Of a stretch of 64,000 nt of DNA, positions 1-12,200 are shown in pieces. The notes under the pieces were generated by a model, which made no database searches, was not told the origin of the DNA, and saw nothing but the letters and a program-made list of their open reading frames with translations. Position numbers and translations under genes: made by a program. Every line of letters begins with the position of its first letter. Within the stretch, counting starts at the first letter, position 1. The stretch is from Bugula neritina. Lineage: Eukaryota; Animalia; Bryozoa. The stretch is taken from assembly GCA_964035545.1 (NCBI GenBank), contig OZ037766.1, forward strand, positions 9,166,722-9,230,721, given 5' to 3'.

Positions 1-457
1 TTGGGCAGTTTGGTCTTACTGAATAACGTCATGTGATTTTGGGATGGTTGGTAAAATCATTAAGTTTTGAGCTTTCCAATGATGCAGTATATTTCTATAT
101 GGCAGAAGACCTTCAATGTATAATGGCTAGTTGCATTGATATTGCACAGCTTAGCCTACAGGCTTAATAAAAAAGAAAATTTTAAATTTAGCTATTAGCA
201 ATCTTTTTCTGTGATTCATTAATACAAATTTGTATGATATATTTCAATTCTCTAGAAATTTGTTCATACTTGACTTGTGAATAGCAGCACTCACTGTACG
301 CTGCCTGCTGTTTTGTACCTACTATAAAGGAGCTATGGTCTACATTTGACTTTCCTGCAGGCCATGAAAAATATTCACAATTTCTAGCAGGTATTTTTTT
401 AATTTCTAAGCTGCAAATGTAACCCTTAAGATCACAACTATTTGTTTTTTATTTCAG

Positions 458-1791
458 TTGTTAATTGTAAAAGCAAAGACTCTACAGAATATGATTGCCG
501 CGGTAATGTGGCAGACTCATCAACAAATGTAAGATTAGTTCAACATTGCGAGTTTGACACTGTGCGATGTGGGGAAATCATTTTGGATGCTTTTTCAGAA
601 AAATCTAATTCTGTTGTTCGAGGATACACTGCGGTAAGCTCAAAAGACTATTGCAAATGCTATTTGAGAGTAATGGTTGTAGATTGTGAACTGCTACAAA
701 TTTTTGTTGCACGGTATTATATTTTTGTTTAATTATTTTCCTATTATAAATGGATGGTGATCCATGCAGAAGTCAGTAAGGGTTTATGAAGAAGTGTAAT
801 GATTGTTGAACAATGATAAATTTGAAAATGAACTTTAACTTTTAACTGTTCTATGAAGTATTTATTGGCACTAATAAAATATATGTAAAAGTTGTTGTTT
901 CTGATGAATTTATTAAAGTTGTGCAATACAGTTCAAATCACATGAATGTGTGATGTTGAGTTAATAGCTGGTCATTATATGATGTTTATGCTTGACAAAC
1001 TAACTAGGGTTGCCTTCTTTTGCCACCTATCTTGTTTATGAGACCCTGAGATTTGACTATTTCAGACTTTCTGTGTACTGGAGGGGGCAGTTTTGCTCAC
1101 AATAAACAGCAATAATAAGAAGCTGATAACCAATCATGACAGCTTTATTGTTCCAGAAGGTTGGTACTCTGTCATATTAAGCCTAAAGTTGTGCCATGTT
1201 TACATTGGCAGCGAATATATGCGTTTTCCTTTCTGTGAATATTTGCTTGCAAAACAATGTTTTTCCTATAATAACTCAGGTAACGTTCTTGAAAATGCCC
1301 AGTTGTATAATATATTACAGCATGTTTATAAGTGTAATATAATAAAAACAACATCATGTTATACTTTAGGAGCTAATTATACAGGCTAGGTTTATTGCAG
1401 TCACTGCATTTCCATGAATGTGCATTATGGGAATGGATGCCGTAGGGATTAATTTGTGATTGTGGTTTCCTTCACTGTAACTTTCCATAAGACAAATGAA
1501 AAATCCATTTGCATAATGTGAATCATGGAAATATAGTGAATGTACAGAGTGCTATAACCTGTTTGACTGAAAAGTTGGATTCTGAATAATTTTGTTCTCA
1601 GGCCATCAGTTTATGTTTACCCGTTGGATTAATTTTGGTGCAAACCAACTCGAATTTTATGTACCAAATTTGGTGTCTAAAACATCCTTTTCCAAATTTG
1701 CTATTGTTTTTTTTCAGGTAACAGCTATCAATTGAAGAACTTGAAAAAATCTACTGCCAAAATATTTTACACAGTTACGTCAATGTCTTGA
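458..1791 (+). CDS. CENPC: 3' end of CENP-C/Mif2-like gene (C-terminal cupin domain), 5' truncated by window edge
   Basis: Phase-compatible exons 458-633, 1066-1159 and 1718-1791 (TGA) give ...VRCGEIILDAFSEK...TFCVLEGAVLLTINSNNKKLITNHDSFIVPEGNSYQLKNLKKSTAKIFYTVTSMS*. This fits the Mif2/CENP-C cupin pattern (F.V..G.v..ti...F.VP.GN.Y.l.N) at the protein C-terminus. Confidence 0.75.
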
Positions 1792-2428
1792 GGAAAAAAG
1801 AAACACTTTTTCATAATTGCTGGTACTAGCAAAGTTTATAACTTGTGTAACAATTTTCTTTACTTTGGCTCACTTTTTGGTATGTCTCTGGAAATAATAA
1901 CATTAAGATAATATATAATGCAAATATTATTATGTTGAAAAATGTTGATTTCTATGATTTTTACATAGTCTGGCTCTCATTTGTTATAGATTTTAATGAC
2001 TATAATCATAGTAAATATTTTTTGTATAAACATAGGATGTGCATTGTATATAATATGTCAATCTAAAAATGTATGTTACTGCACTATAAATGCTTGTGCT
2101 AGTGATGTTAAAACGGATGAATTATTACTATTTATTACTATTTAAAAACCCCAAGTAACCATCAATAAAGATTGCTAAGGTTGCTCTGTAGTTTTTAACA
2201 TATTTTTGAAATCAATAAAATATACAAAGCATCTTAGGGTGAACTAGTGCTGAGTTGGTAAAAGCATCATCAGAAAATAGTTAATATAGTGCAACTAGAA
2301 AATTGTAAATAATATGTAGACACCAAATTCCAAGGGCATCCTAAATGTTCAGCACTTTGGTGACATATATATTTATTTGCCATTGAAAAACAACTTGCTG
2401 TTATGATCTCGAAACCTCAGCTTTTTAT

Positions 2429-2753
2429 TTCAGCGTGTTCACAGGATGTCGCTAGAAGCAGCACCAATCTGGGTAACTCGATGCAGTATCCTTATTGAAA
2501 TCCTTGTTCAATCTCGAGATCCCCGAACCAATGTACTCGGTGCTGCTTCAAGCGAATTCCTGTCTCGAAACACTGAATTGGACCAACGAACGCTATTTCT
2601 TTGCAGCACAGTTATAATAATAATAGAAATCATCCATAAGCAGCCTCGAGTTAGGGGTGACCAAGTGTAGTAGTTTAGAATCTCGAGTTTAGAGCTTCTT
2701 TAGAAATTTTGGTTTGGGGCCAGTTGAAATTTCTACAAAAGCTTTACTTTTTT
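2429..2753. repeat. CpG-containing fold-back element (long imperfect hairpin plus a second hairpin and T6); related sequence at about 34625-34790
   Basis: GAAGCAGCACC (2455-2465) pairs with GGTGCTGCTTC (2539-2549), extended by TCGCT/AGCGA and ACAGGA/TCCTGT. TAGAAATTT (2701-2709) pairs with AAATTTCTA (2727-2735), followed by T6 at 2748-2753. Confidence 0.55.
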
Positions 2754-2834
2754 GCTACATTTCCAATCTAGAGCGCAGGCTTTTCTCAATTTCTCAAAGC
2801 TGAAAATGTCATGCTGGTCATGCTCAGTCTCACC

Positions 2835-3500
2835 CATACTAATACTAATAGTAGTACTGCACCTACATCTAGTAGCAAACCTCATCGTGGTCCCTCTACT
2901 ATACTAACATTAATAATATAATACGGTTATAGTTTTAGTTTATACTTATACTTATAGTAATACTATCAGCACCACTATCACCTTCACTGATTCAGTTTCA
3001 CTACCAGTACCGGTATCAGTATGAGTATTATTTCAAGTCATTTTGATTGTCACACTCACTTGGATTAGTTTTACTTTTAGCTTAATCATAATCACTTCAA
3101 GTCTGTTATAATAATAATCGTAATCATAATGGTTATTAGATGATAATTATATTTTAATTTTACCTATAGTTATAGTTAATAATAATAATTAATGTTATAT
3201 TTGTAATTATTGAATCAAGCATGAAATTGAGTAGTCAAAAATCATAATGATAATGGTAATGACTAATGAGTTATACTGACAATCATAATTGATAATGGTG
3301 ATGTTGGTGATAAATATAATATTAATATGCTCATATTGATATTCATAATGATAATTATAAGGATGTTGGTAATCATCATGATTATCATAACATTTTATTA
3401 ATAGATAATAAATAAAGGATGCTAATTGCTATAAAGTATAGATACTCATAATTTTAATATTAATTATATTACTGTAATACTAAGTCTAATATTAATACTA
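2835..3500. repeat. Low-complexity AT-rich tract with 3/6-bp periodicity (ANT/ATN triplets)
   Basis: Runs such as aatactaatagtagtact, tatacttatactt, agtatcagtatgagtatt and aataataat. Confidence 0.6.
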
Positions 3501-4069
3501 TTAGCAATGCCATGGTTTGATGGTAAGACTCGAACCGTAAAACTCAACGCAAGTGTGTTTGACTATTTCTACTTCATCTACACTATGATTTTACTGGTAG
3601 CTGCATGCGTATGCCTAGTTCAAGTTCTGGGAAACATTGTTTCAATTTTATACTTATAGTGAGCTAATGGTTTTAGTAATAGCCTACTAGTAATAAATCT
3701 CCAGAATTCGAGTAAAACTAAATTACTTACGGCATGAGTATGAGCACAATGATTGTATATTATTATTGTATGTGTATATTGACATTCATGATAGCAAAAA
3801 ATCAAAGTGCTGATGCAACTACAAACCAATGATTAAATTAGTATTACCCATTTTAAATTGAAAACTCCAGCTAACAGGTGGCCCCATACTTTTATAATTA
3901 TCTTGATAGTATATGCAGGTGGCAGAAGCTGAGGGAGTGTGTGCCTATTTTGGGTTATACAAACTCAAAGGGTTTAGGAATTGGTTGCAGCGTACGCAAA
4001 ATCCCGTTTTTCAACAAAATTAAGACTTCTGGTTACTTGAACATAGATTTTTCTATTGAATAAGAGTTA

Positions 4070-4186
4070 GCCTGGTCTGTGCCCTGGCCTGGTCTGTGCC
4101 CTGGCCTGGTCTGTGCCCTGGCCTGGTCTGTGCCCTGGCCTGGTCTGTGCCCTGGCCTGGTCTGTGCCCTGGCCTGGTCTGTGCCC
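4070..4186. repeat. 17-bp minisatellite (GCCTGGTCTGTGCCCTG) x about 6.9
   Basis: Six perfect units plus one 15/17 partial unit, read directly. Confidence 0.95.
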
Positions 4187-4316
4187 GCTGTATCAAAACC
4201 CTTCCCACTGTCTTGGACACTACAGCTACTTTAAATGATTCCAGCTCTGGACAGTCTCTGCCAAAGCATTGAGTGCTACCACATCTATAGCAGCTTTTTT
4301 TTTCTAGAATACTCAA
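4187..4316 (-). mobile_element. Degenerate gag-like zinc-knuckle fragment
   Basis: CYRCGSTQCFGRDC has the C-x2-C-x4-(H>C)-x4-C spacing. No surrounding gene structure. Confidence 0.4.
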
Positions 4317-4589
4317 GACCTCACTCTGTTCATTGCATTATTTCACACTGAAAACTTGCTAAAGCATATATCTCTTCAATGGCTGAAATTGTTATTACAT
4401 TCAAATATGCTGATCCATTTCAAAATTTTTAGTTAGTTAGATGTGGGTTGTCTAAAAGTTTTTGCCGTGAAATTCCAACAGATTTTTAACTTGGATTTAT
4501 TTTTACTACCATTTCAAAGCAATGTATCAAATATTATTTTAGATCTGTTTGATTGAGCCGGTAAATGCTTCTGGTTTCAAATCATTACC

Positions 4590-7500
4590 ATGAGTGACCA
4601 TGACTCTGATCGTGAGTTGCCTGCTGCTCAAAAGTGTGGTGAGCTGTGCGAAGAGTTCTCGGAGGTTTGCCAAATCTTCTGTGTTTACATTTATATAAAA
4701 ACTTGGTATTGTCAAGTCAAATATACACGCAAAGGACCACTTAAATCTTAAATAAGAATCATTGCTAGCAGATATCTTTTACATGCATCTTTTTTTATCT
4801 GCATGTATTTTAGGTAGATTTTTCAGGGCTTGGTTAAAGTAAAGCAAGCGGGATCAATTGTTAATTTAACTGATTTTAGCCAATTATAATCTACCTGTGA
4901 CTCCTTTGAGATAAGTTAGTGGTTGTAATGCTTAGTTATATAGTATGAACTGCTGCCTACACATATGTAGGCAGCAGTTCAAATAAGAACAATAAATTGA
5001 ATATTTTAATTAAAGTTCTCTTAATATTTATAAAGAGTTTACATTCAATGAAAAATGTTCAAGTATCTATCAGAAAACTGTAACGATGACACATAATTAA
5101 TATAACTGTAAAATATAGTAATATTGCATTTTTTTATCAATAATCGACTTATTTTAATAGTGCTCATTAAACTACTACTATATTATCAAAAATTACCAAA
5201 TTTCTTTCATGTTCACTGTAAAAGTTAGAAGTTAAATTGAATGTAGCAGTTTGATTGATTGATTGATTTTATTTCTATCACTAACATGATATATGTTGTG
5301 AAAAAAAGGTGTTAAATACCGATGCCCATGATATTAAAAATGAAAACAGTGTAACATACATGGCTTAAACAATTAACAAAAATTATTATACAGGTTTATT
5401 TAGCTTGAGTGCTGCCTGGCGTATAAAAGAATCTCTGCCTCAAGTGCTTCTGTATTTAATATTAATCCGTGCAGTTCATCTAGCTTGTACCGTACAGATT
5501 GTGTATTTGTCAGTATGATGGCTGGCAGGGAAACTATTGAGTTTTTAACTTGATGAACCCCCCCTCGTTTTTCTCTTTTTCTTGCTCTAAGTATTCCAGG
5601 GTCAACATTTTTAACTAGAGTTTTGAATTGTCTATTCCATATATCCTTCAGATAGTCTCTGTTTATAGAGTTTTTAACGTCCAGCAGAGAATTAACGTCC
5701 ATGTACGCTAGGCTCGTCACACCTCTTGATTGGTTCATGAGGGTGAATATGAGTAGAGCCAGTAATAACAAAGGCTGCAAAAGCTAAATAGCTAGCTATG
5801 AGTAGCACCAGTAATAACAAAATATTTAGCAGATAAATTTGGCTAAATTTTATCAGCATATTTGATTATTCTAATTTGGCTGAATTTTATTAGCATATTA
5901 AGTTTTTTTTGCTAGCGAAAGCGATGGAATAAAGCTAGTAAATCTCATTAAATGAAGCTAGTAATTTTGAATAAATGAAGCTAGTAAATTAGGATAAAAA
6001 TAAATAGCAAATCTTATTTGATTTTTGGTTGCTGCGGATACAGCAGAAACTAAGCTACAAGATTTCTATTGGTTAAAAGTTTACTGCGGGCTAGAGACAG
6101 TTAGTTTTCATAGTTTGTAGTGAACTGTAGTGTGACCAGCAAAAAGTAGGAAGTGACGTTGAAGGTATGCGGGAGCAGCTCCAAAAACTCACAGTTGAGT
6201 TTCGACTGTAGTGGGCATAAGTGTGAATGAGGGGTATAACCTCAAAGCAGCATATATTAAAAATGAATCAAATAGTTCAATGACTTATTACTCTGAGCAT
6301 ATTTCTGTGTATCAATTTTTATAGTTATTTAATGATTTGTGATTGAATTTATCATCTTATTTAGCACACTTACTGCAACTATGTATTGTTTCTTTCATTT
6401 GACCAAATACAGAGTTTTTAGTTGTTCTATCTGCTTTCTTGATAGCTAAATGCTTTTCATTTAATTTATCAAGTAATCACTTTTGTTTCACTGTTGAAAG
6501 TACGAATTTACTGTCCATGAAATTCAGATCATGGCATGTGCTCAGCCTATCTCTGTATGCACTGTAATTTCTTCCCACATAAAAATACCTTCTATGCTTA
6601 GGCCATCCTCCTGTAATGAGATTATTCGGAAGTTGCATTTCCTTGTCTTCATGATTGACCTGTTTATTTTCAACTCGTGCCTTATCTAGCAAGAACAAAC
6701 TAGCCATGTCATTTACCATAGCGTCACAACTGTTCTCAACAGAATCGTTTATTGCCGTCTGCTCTGTTTCTAATTTTCGCAGATGTTCAGCTTTCTGTTG
6801 TAATTTAACTTGCATGTACACAGAAACCTTTCTACTAGCACAGACTACTGGTACAGAAGATTCACTTACCGGAATTTCATCTTTGTTGATTTTACTTTCA
6901 CCTTCAAAATCATTCTTGAACTTAGCCAATGGATTGTTTGTCAAGCCAGTTTCTACAGAGAGCATGAATTGTGTTGTGATTTCTGTTGTGATTTCTGGCG
7001 CTATGAACCAGTTCTCTGTCATACATAATATTAAGAAATAAGATTGGTGACATTTGATTACAGATAACTGGAGCAAATAGTGCAGAGGCCCAAATGTATT
7101 TGCAACAGCACGATTGGAATCTAGAAGCTTCCATTGCATACTATTATGAAGATAGGCCCTCTGACTCTGATGAACCTTCTGCCAAAGTTAGAAAAGTATG
7201 AAAATTTAAAGTTGTAAGGTTTTTAGAAATTTATTTCTGTTATCAAAGGTTGATGACCGTTGGGTATAAGTTAGCTGTAGCTCTTCTAATATGCTGTTTA
7301 GACATGTTTACCCCATATCAGGTGTTTTATTATAATGTATTCTTTTGACTAGAACTTTAAAAGTTATTGCATGCCTAATACTTTTATGAAATGTCCACAG
7401 ATTAAAATTTTCATCAATTTTTTAGATCAATTTCTTTTGATAGGTTTAGCATTTTTAACACTTGCTCATAGCATAAAATGACTTACAAGCAGAAAGTAAT

Positions 7501-8390
7501 ATAAGGAGAACTTTTCATTCACATTTCGAAACCCATTTTTCTTAGATTCTGATTCTAATTTCTTAGGTAATAACTGTATGTAATGTGTATATTTTTAGTC
7601 AGCTGCTACACGTGAAGACCCTAGCAGACTGAGTGTGCTTTCATGGAATTTAGATGGCTTAGATAATGTGAGTTTATTAACTCGAACAAAAGCTGCCATA
7701 GAAACTTTGAAAAAAGAAGATGCTGATGTTGTCTTTTTGCAAGAAGTTGTTCATAAATCTTGGCAAATATTTCAAGATGACTTGTCTACTCTGTATCACC
7801 TGATTCCAGCTAGTACTAGTGATCCATACTTCACTGCAGTTCTGCTGAAAATTACCACTGTTTTTCTAGATAGTCAAAAAGTCCAATCGTTCTTTACTAG
7901 CGTCATGATGCGAAAACTCCAAATTTTACGTGTCAATGTCAAAGGAATTGATGTTAAGCTTATGAATACACATTTGGAAAGTACTGCGTCTCATTCAGTA
8001 GAAAGGCTTCGTCAGCTAAAAATTTGTTTTGATGAGATAGTTTCCACCGACCCTAAATATAATGTCATATTTGGAGGAGATTTAAATCTCAACGCAAATG
8101 ACATGAGATCTACCACTATACCGAAGAGTGTAGTGGATATCTGGGAGACATTGGGTAGCAAACCAGAGACCAGATACACTTGGGACACAAAGTATAATAC
8201 TAATAAACAAATGGATGGACCAGGCCGTCCTCGTTGTAGGTTTGACCGCTTCTATTTCCGAAGTTCGTGCACTAAAAACATTGTTCCATATGGCTTCAAA
8301 CTTACTGGCGTTGAAAAGATTAAAAATTGCAGCAGATTTGTTAGTGATCACTGGGGGATTCACAGCCATTTTCACATTGTTTCTGAATAA
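4590..8390 (+). CDS. TDP2: Tyrosyl-DNA phosphodiesterase 2 (about 332 aa, 3 exons)
   Basis: Exons 4590-4664, 7064-7195 and 7599-8390, all phase 0. UBA-like N-terminus (ELCEEFSEITGANSAEAQMYLQQHDWNLEASIAYYYE). EEP motifs SWNLDGL, FLQEV, NTHLES, GGDLN, RFDR and SDHWG are intact. Confidence 0.93.
4946..4981. repeat. Perfect 16-bp hairpin in TDP2 intron 1
   Basis: TGAACTGCTGCCTACA-cata-TGTAGGCAGCAGTTCA. Confidence 0.85.
5252..5820 (-). mobile_element. Internally deleted non-LTR retrotransposon (CR1/L2-group-like) in TDP2 intron 1
   Basis: RKREKRGG...SLPAIILTNTQSVRYKLDEL resembles the start of an APE endonuclease ORF. (TCAA)n tail on the minus strand at about 5252-5268. Confidence 0.6.
6480..6930 (-). 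mobile_element. Gypsy/Ty3 pol fragment (K02A2.6-like), degenerate
   Basis: KFKNDFEG...PVVCASRKVSVYMQVKLQQK resembles the pre-RT linker. It is fused to DKEMQL...ITGGWP...YSAYRDRLS, which resembles the pre-integrase region; RT and RNase H are missing. Confidence 0.6.
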
Positions 8391-8920
8391 TGCGGTACCA
8401 CTAAACACAATAAATCTGTTAAAATGGTTGAATAAATTGTAAATATTTTTTTGTTGGAGTTTATTAATTAGTTTTTTACTGTTGGAAGAATTTACTTTTC
8501 ATACAATGTTAATAAACTTTTGTTACCAAATCCAGTGCCCTTGTTTGCTTTATGGTATGACTTTTACTGATAAATTTGCCTTATACTCTCTATTACATTA
8601 CATTGCTTATATCACAAGTATGATAATAGAGATCCAGCTCAGTTAGTTCATGCATCTGGAAGCTCAGAATGAAGTCTCTGAATTGTCATAATTGAAACCA
8701 TGGTTATCACAAGTCAATTAGCTGAAGTTACAAACTTCATTTCTTTATAAATAGGATGCAATTAAAACTACATGTTGCTTAAATACCAGCAGTTGCACAT
8801 TTGTAAATTATGTTTTTACCAATTATTGAAACACACCTGTTTTTGCTGTACTCCTTTTAGTATTTTATATTAAATCGACTCAGAGATACCAGAAAAACAT
8901 TTGAATACTAGACTAGAGAG

Positions 8921-9098
8921 CAAGGGTAGGCAACTTCTTTTGCATAAGGGTCAAGTTCAAAAGTAAGCCAAAACAAAGTACACGTAAGTCAAGTAAGGCT
9001 AATCAGATTGCATACACAACAGTTTTCACTTAGCATTATAAGGGCCACTGAAAACATGGGCAAAAGGCTGCAGGTAACCCCTAGTTGCCCAACCTCTG
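8921..9098. mobile_element. Degenerate hAT/Charlie-like MITE
   Basis: Ends CAAGGGTAGGCAAC and GTTGCCCAACCTCTG, internal GGGCCAC. No clean TSD. Confidence 0.45.
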
Positions 9099-9735
9099 GA
9101 GGGTCCTAGAGGTCTTGAAATTCTTGTCATTCACATTACCTTATTGGGTTGAACTCTAGCTCCCTAATGTCCACCAGCCAAATAAAATATGTAAATAATT
9201 ACAACTAGGCAAATGAGCCCGATTTAAAACAAGTTGCTTTGAAAAACTACCAGACTTCAATTTATCAATATTATTATAATTGACGTTTTGGAGGGTGTAT
9301 AGTATGCTGTACAGCTTATGATATTCCATTCAAACTGATATCATTTTTTAAATTACTCAAAACTCCACAGCTTTACTCATGGTGATCTATAAAGATTGGA
9401 GAATAAACAGATTTTCGGCCTCGTACAGTTATACTTGAAGAGCAATATTTAGGCTGTAAGCTAAAATAGCTGGCTGTACATCAATCAACTTAAGGCATGT
9501 AAAGCATAAATTCTGAAGAGAACAGGTAAAGCTGTGCATGCTGATAAGGGAGTAAAATGTAATAGGTTAAGACAACATTAAAAAATTATCGTCAGACAAA
9601 ATGGAGGAGGGGGGGGAGAGACATGCCCCAACAAACGAATGTGGCTATACACATTAATGGTACAACATTGTTGCACATGACTGAAAAATAGTGTTTAGGT
9701 ATACACAGTATAAATGCATGCAATATGTGTGATAG

Positions 9736-11195
9736 TTAGGATTTATCTTGTTTGCTAGGTTGAAGAACAAAGACAATGTCATACAATATGTAGAATGATG
9801 TCGTAAGGTCCCCTTCACATAAATATGGTACGCGACTAAATGTCAAAAGTTCGAAGCCAGAGGGAATGAAAACATTTTTCACCATTAAATTAATTTGTTC
9901 TTCAATAGAAGATGCTGTTATATCAAGACTTTCCGATGGTTTATAATTGGATGATGAATTTTCTTCAACATATGGAGAATATGGATAGACGGAAGCAACT
10001 ATTACTCTACCATTTTCTTTAACAGATTGGCGAATATTTTGTAATAAGGTAAGAGGTTTATCACATCTATCCAGCAGGTTTAAACAGGATATGACCTCAA
10101 ATTTATGATGAGTCCATTCAGTTAAACCAAGCAGATTATACTTCTTTCTAATTAGTTGCTTCTGCATTTGGGTGGCTATTTCAGTCACATAGATGCGATG
10201 GAAATGAGAAGCCATAACATCTGTCACTTTTCCATCTCCTGCCCCCAGGTCTAGCAGAGAATCTCCCACCCAGTCATCTTCTATAGACATTAAGCTTCTG
10301 AATTGAGCCGATGAAAACACAAACATAGAGCCACGATCTAGAAAGAAAAATATTTTAGATGTATTATTTATTCAAGAAACCATTTGGTATACAAAACGTG
10401 TTTGAAATAATACAATTTAGAAAAATGAAAAAATAAATGAAAATCACCATGAACAACTTACCTAAATACCCATTCACATTGGTTTGAGTCATGAACATTT
10501 TGAGAACTGGAACAGCTAGTGCGTGCCAAAATTGCAATAAAAATGCATCTGATTTGTTGTAACAAGTATCAAGAAAATTCTGTGTTTGCTCGTCTTGATT
10601 TAGTTGAACAAACTTTGACCTTTCAGTTTCATCAATCCCATCCATTCTAATCTAGAGTAAAACCATTGCAACTTGATAGAGCATCATCTAACACAATAAG
10701 AGAAAGATGCCTTCAGGGATATTATATTCAATTACATATTCAAAATCAAGTTAATTATGAACATAAAGCAATAAAGAATTGAGAAAATACAATGTTTAGT
10801 CAGTGAATTCTTATTTTGAGCCAAGTAGTGTTATGAAGATTAACATACTTTGTATAACAGTGAAGTAATGAAAAGCAAGCATTCATTGTTTCCTAAACTT
10901 GCAAAATTATGTAGATTAAAACGCATCATTATGGTTTCACTAGCTTTATCTTGAAACAAAAATATTTTAAAAAACAATAACCTCTGCTCATGAGACAGCG
11001 ATATTTTTTTTAAATAAGCAACAAATACGCAAGCAGTACCTGATACCAGTAGAAGTGGTTATCATTTCGATGCTGAAGATCAAGCTGCTGTTTCTCCAAC
11101 ATTACTTCAGTTAACCTAGATCTTCGCATCTTTGATAAAATATGGATAAGAATCCAGGAGTAGATTATTCCCAGAACACAGATCTTCCACAGCAT
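9736..11195 (-). CDS. METTL9: Protein-L-histidine N-pros-methyltransferase METTL9/DREV (about 315 aa, 3 exons)
   Basis: Exons 11195-11040, 10651-10462 and 10337-9736 are phase-compatible. Hydrophobic N-terminus. Motifs TQTNVNGYLDRGSMFVFS, LLDLGAGDG, SCLNLLDRCDKP and PYLCEGD. Confidence 0.93.
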
Positions 11196-11484
11196 TAAAC
11201 ACAGCTAACTGCAAAACCAAAGTCAGCTAAGATAAATTTTATGATTTCTAAAATGTTATTGCAACATCATCTTTCTCATTAGGTTTGTCACAGTCATTGC
11301 ATCATATTTAATTTGTAGGTGAGATATTACTGGAAGGGCACAATTTACAAATACACCACATTAATTTTATTTATTGTTGTGTTATCTAGTATAAGTATAA
11401 CTATAAGTATAACTATAAGTATAAGATTAAGTATAAGATTACCTCCTAAGTTTATGAGTGTTTATCATTATTAAGTATTATTAT

Positions 11485-11709
11485 TGGTTGTATCACAACT
11501 TTTAGCTGGTGTAACCTTCTACCATCGGCCTAGTTCCACTAGGCTGGGATGGAGAGAACTTTCCTCAAGATGAAGATGTGAGCTGATCCTAGTAAGGCTG
11601 TCTGCTGAATCAGTGGGTATTTGTTTTCAGCTACTCCAAGTATTGCCATCCAGTCTACAGTCTTGTATGAAGCTCCAAGGGCTCCAATTACAATGGGGAT
11701 GACTTGAGT
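11485..11709 (-). mobile_element. 5'-truncated REL-type non-LTR retrotransposon 3' end (R4/Dong/Hero-like) in a (TAA)n tract
   Basis: Minus-strand translation TQVIPIVIGALGASYK...IQQTALLGSAHIFILRKVLSIPA* (stop 11539-11541). Flanked by TATTATTATT on both sides. Confidence 0.75.
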
Positions 11710-11726
11710 ATTATTATTATTATTAA

Positions 11727-12200
11727 GTATTATTATTAACTTTAACTTTAAGTATAAGATTAACTCCTAAGAGTAAGTTTATGAGTGTTTATCATAATCA
11801 TTTTCACTTTAGTTTAAGTTTATAATATTGATTATCAGTATGATTATGAGTATCAGTATCACTATCAGTATCAGGATAAGTATCAGTATGACTATGAGTA
11901 TGACTATGACTGATACTATGACAGTATGAGTATGAGTATGAGAATCACTAAACTGAGTAAGTATTATTATTAACTTTAACTTTAAGTATAAGATTAACTC
12001 CTAAGAGTAAGTTTATGAGTGTTTATCATAATCATTTTCACTTTAGTTTAAGTTTATAATATTGATTATCAGTATGATTATGAGTATCAGTATCACTATC
12101 AGTATCAGGATAAGTATCAGTATGACTATGAGTATGACTATGACTGATACTATGACAGTATGAGTATGAGTATGAGTATGAGAATCACTAAACTGAGTAA
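11727..12200. repeat. Near-perfect tandem duplication of about 234/240 bp of hexamer-periodic sequence
   Basis: Copy 1 starts gtattattattaactttaac at 11727 and copy 2 at 11961. Both end agaatcactaaactgagtaa; copy 2 has one extra GAGTAT. Confidence 0.9.

Noticed and set aside
2640-2670. Telomerase RNA template (CCCUAAC on the minus strand)
   Set aside because: Only 7 matching nt, no convincing H/ACA end, and the same block recurs at about 34665, suggesting a repeat.
4070-4186. CRISPR-like array
   Set aside because: Head-to-tail repeats without spacers, in eukaryotic DNA.
6477-7139. 220-aa minus ORF as a host gene
   Set aside because: Chimera of the antisense of TDP2 exon 2 and a decayed Gypsy pol fragment.
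7546-7566. 21-nt micro-exon in TDP2 intron 2
   Set aside because: Ends in an in-frame TAG and would leave only a 32-nt intron.
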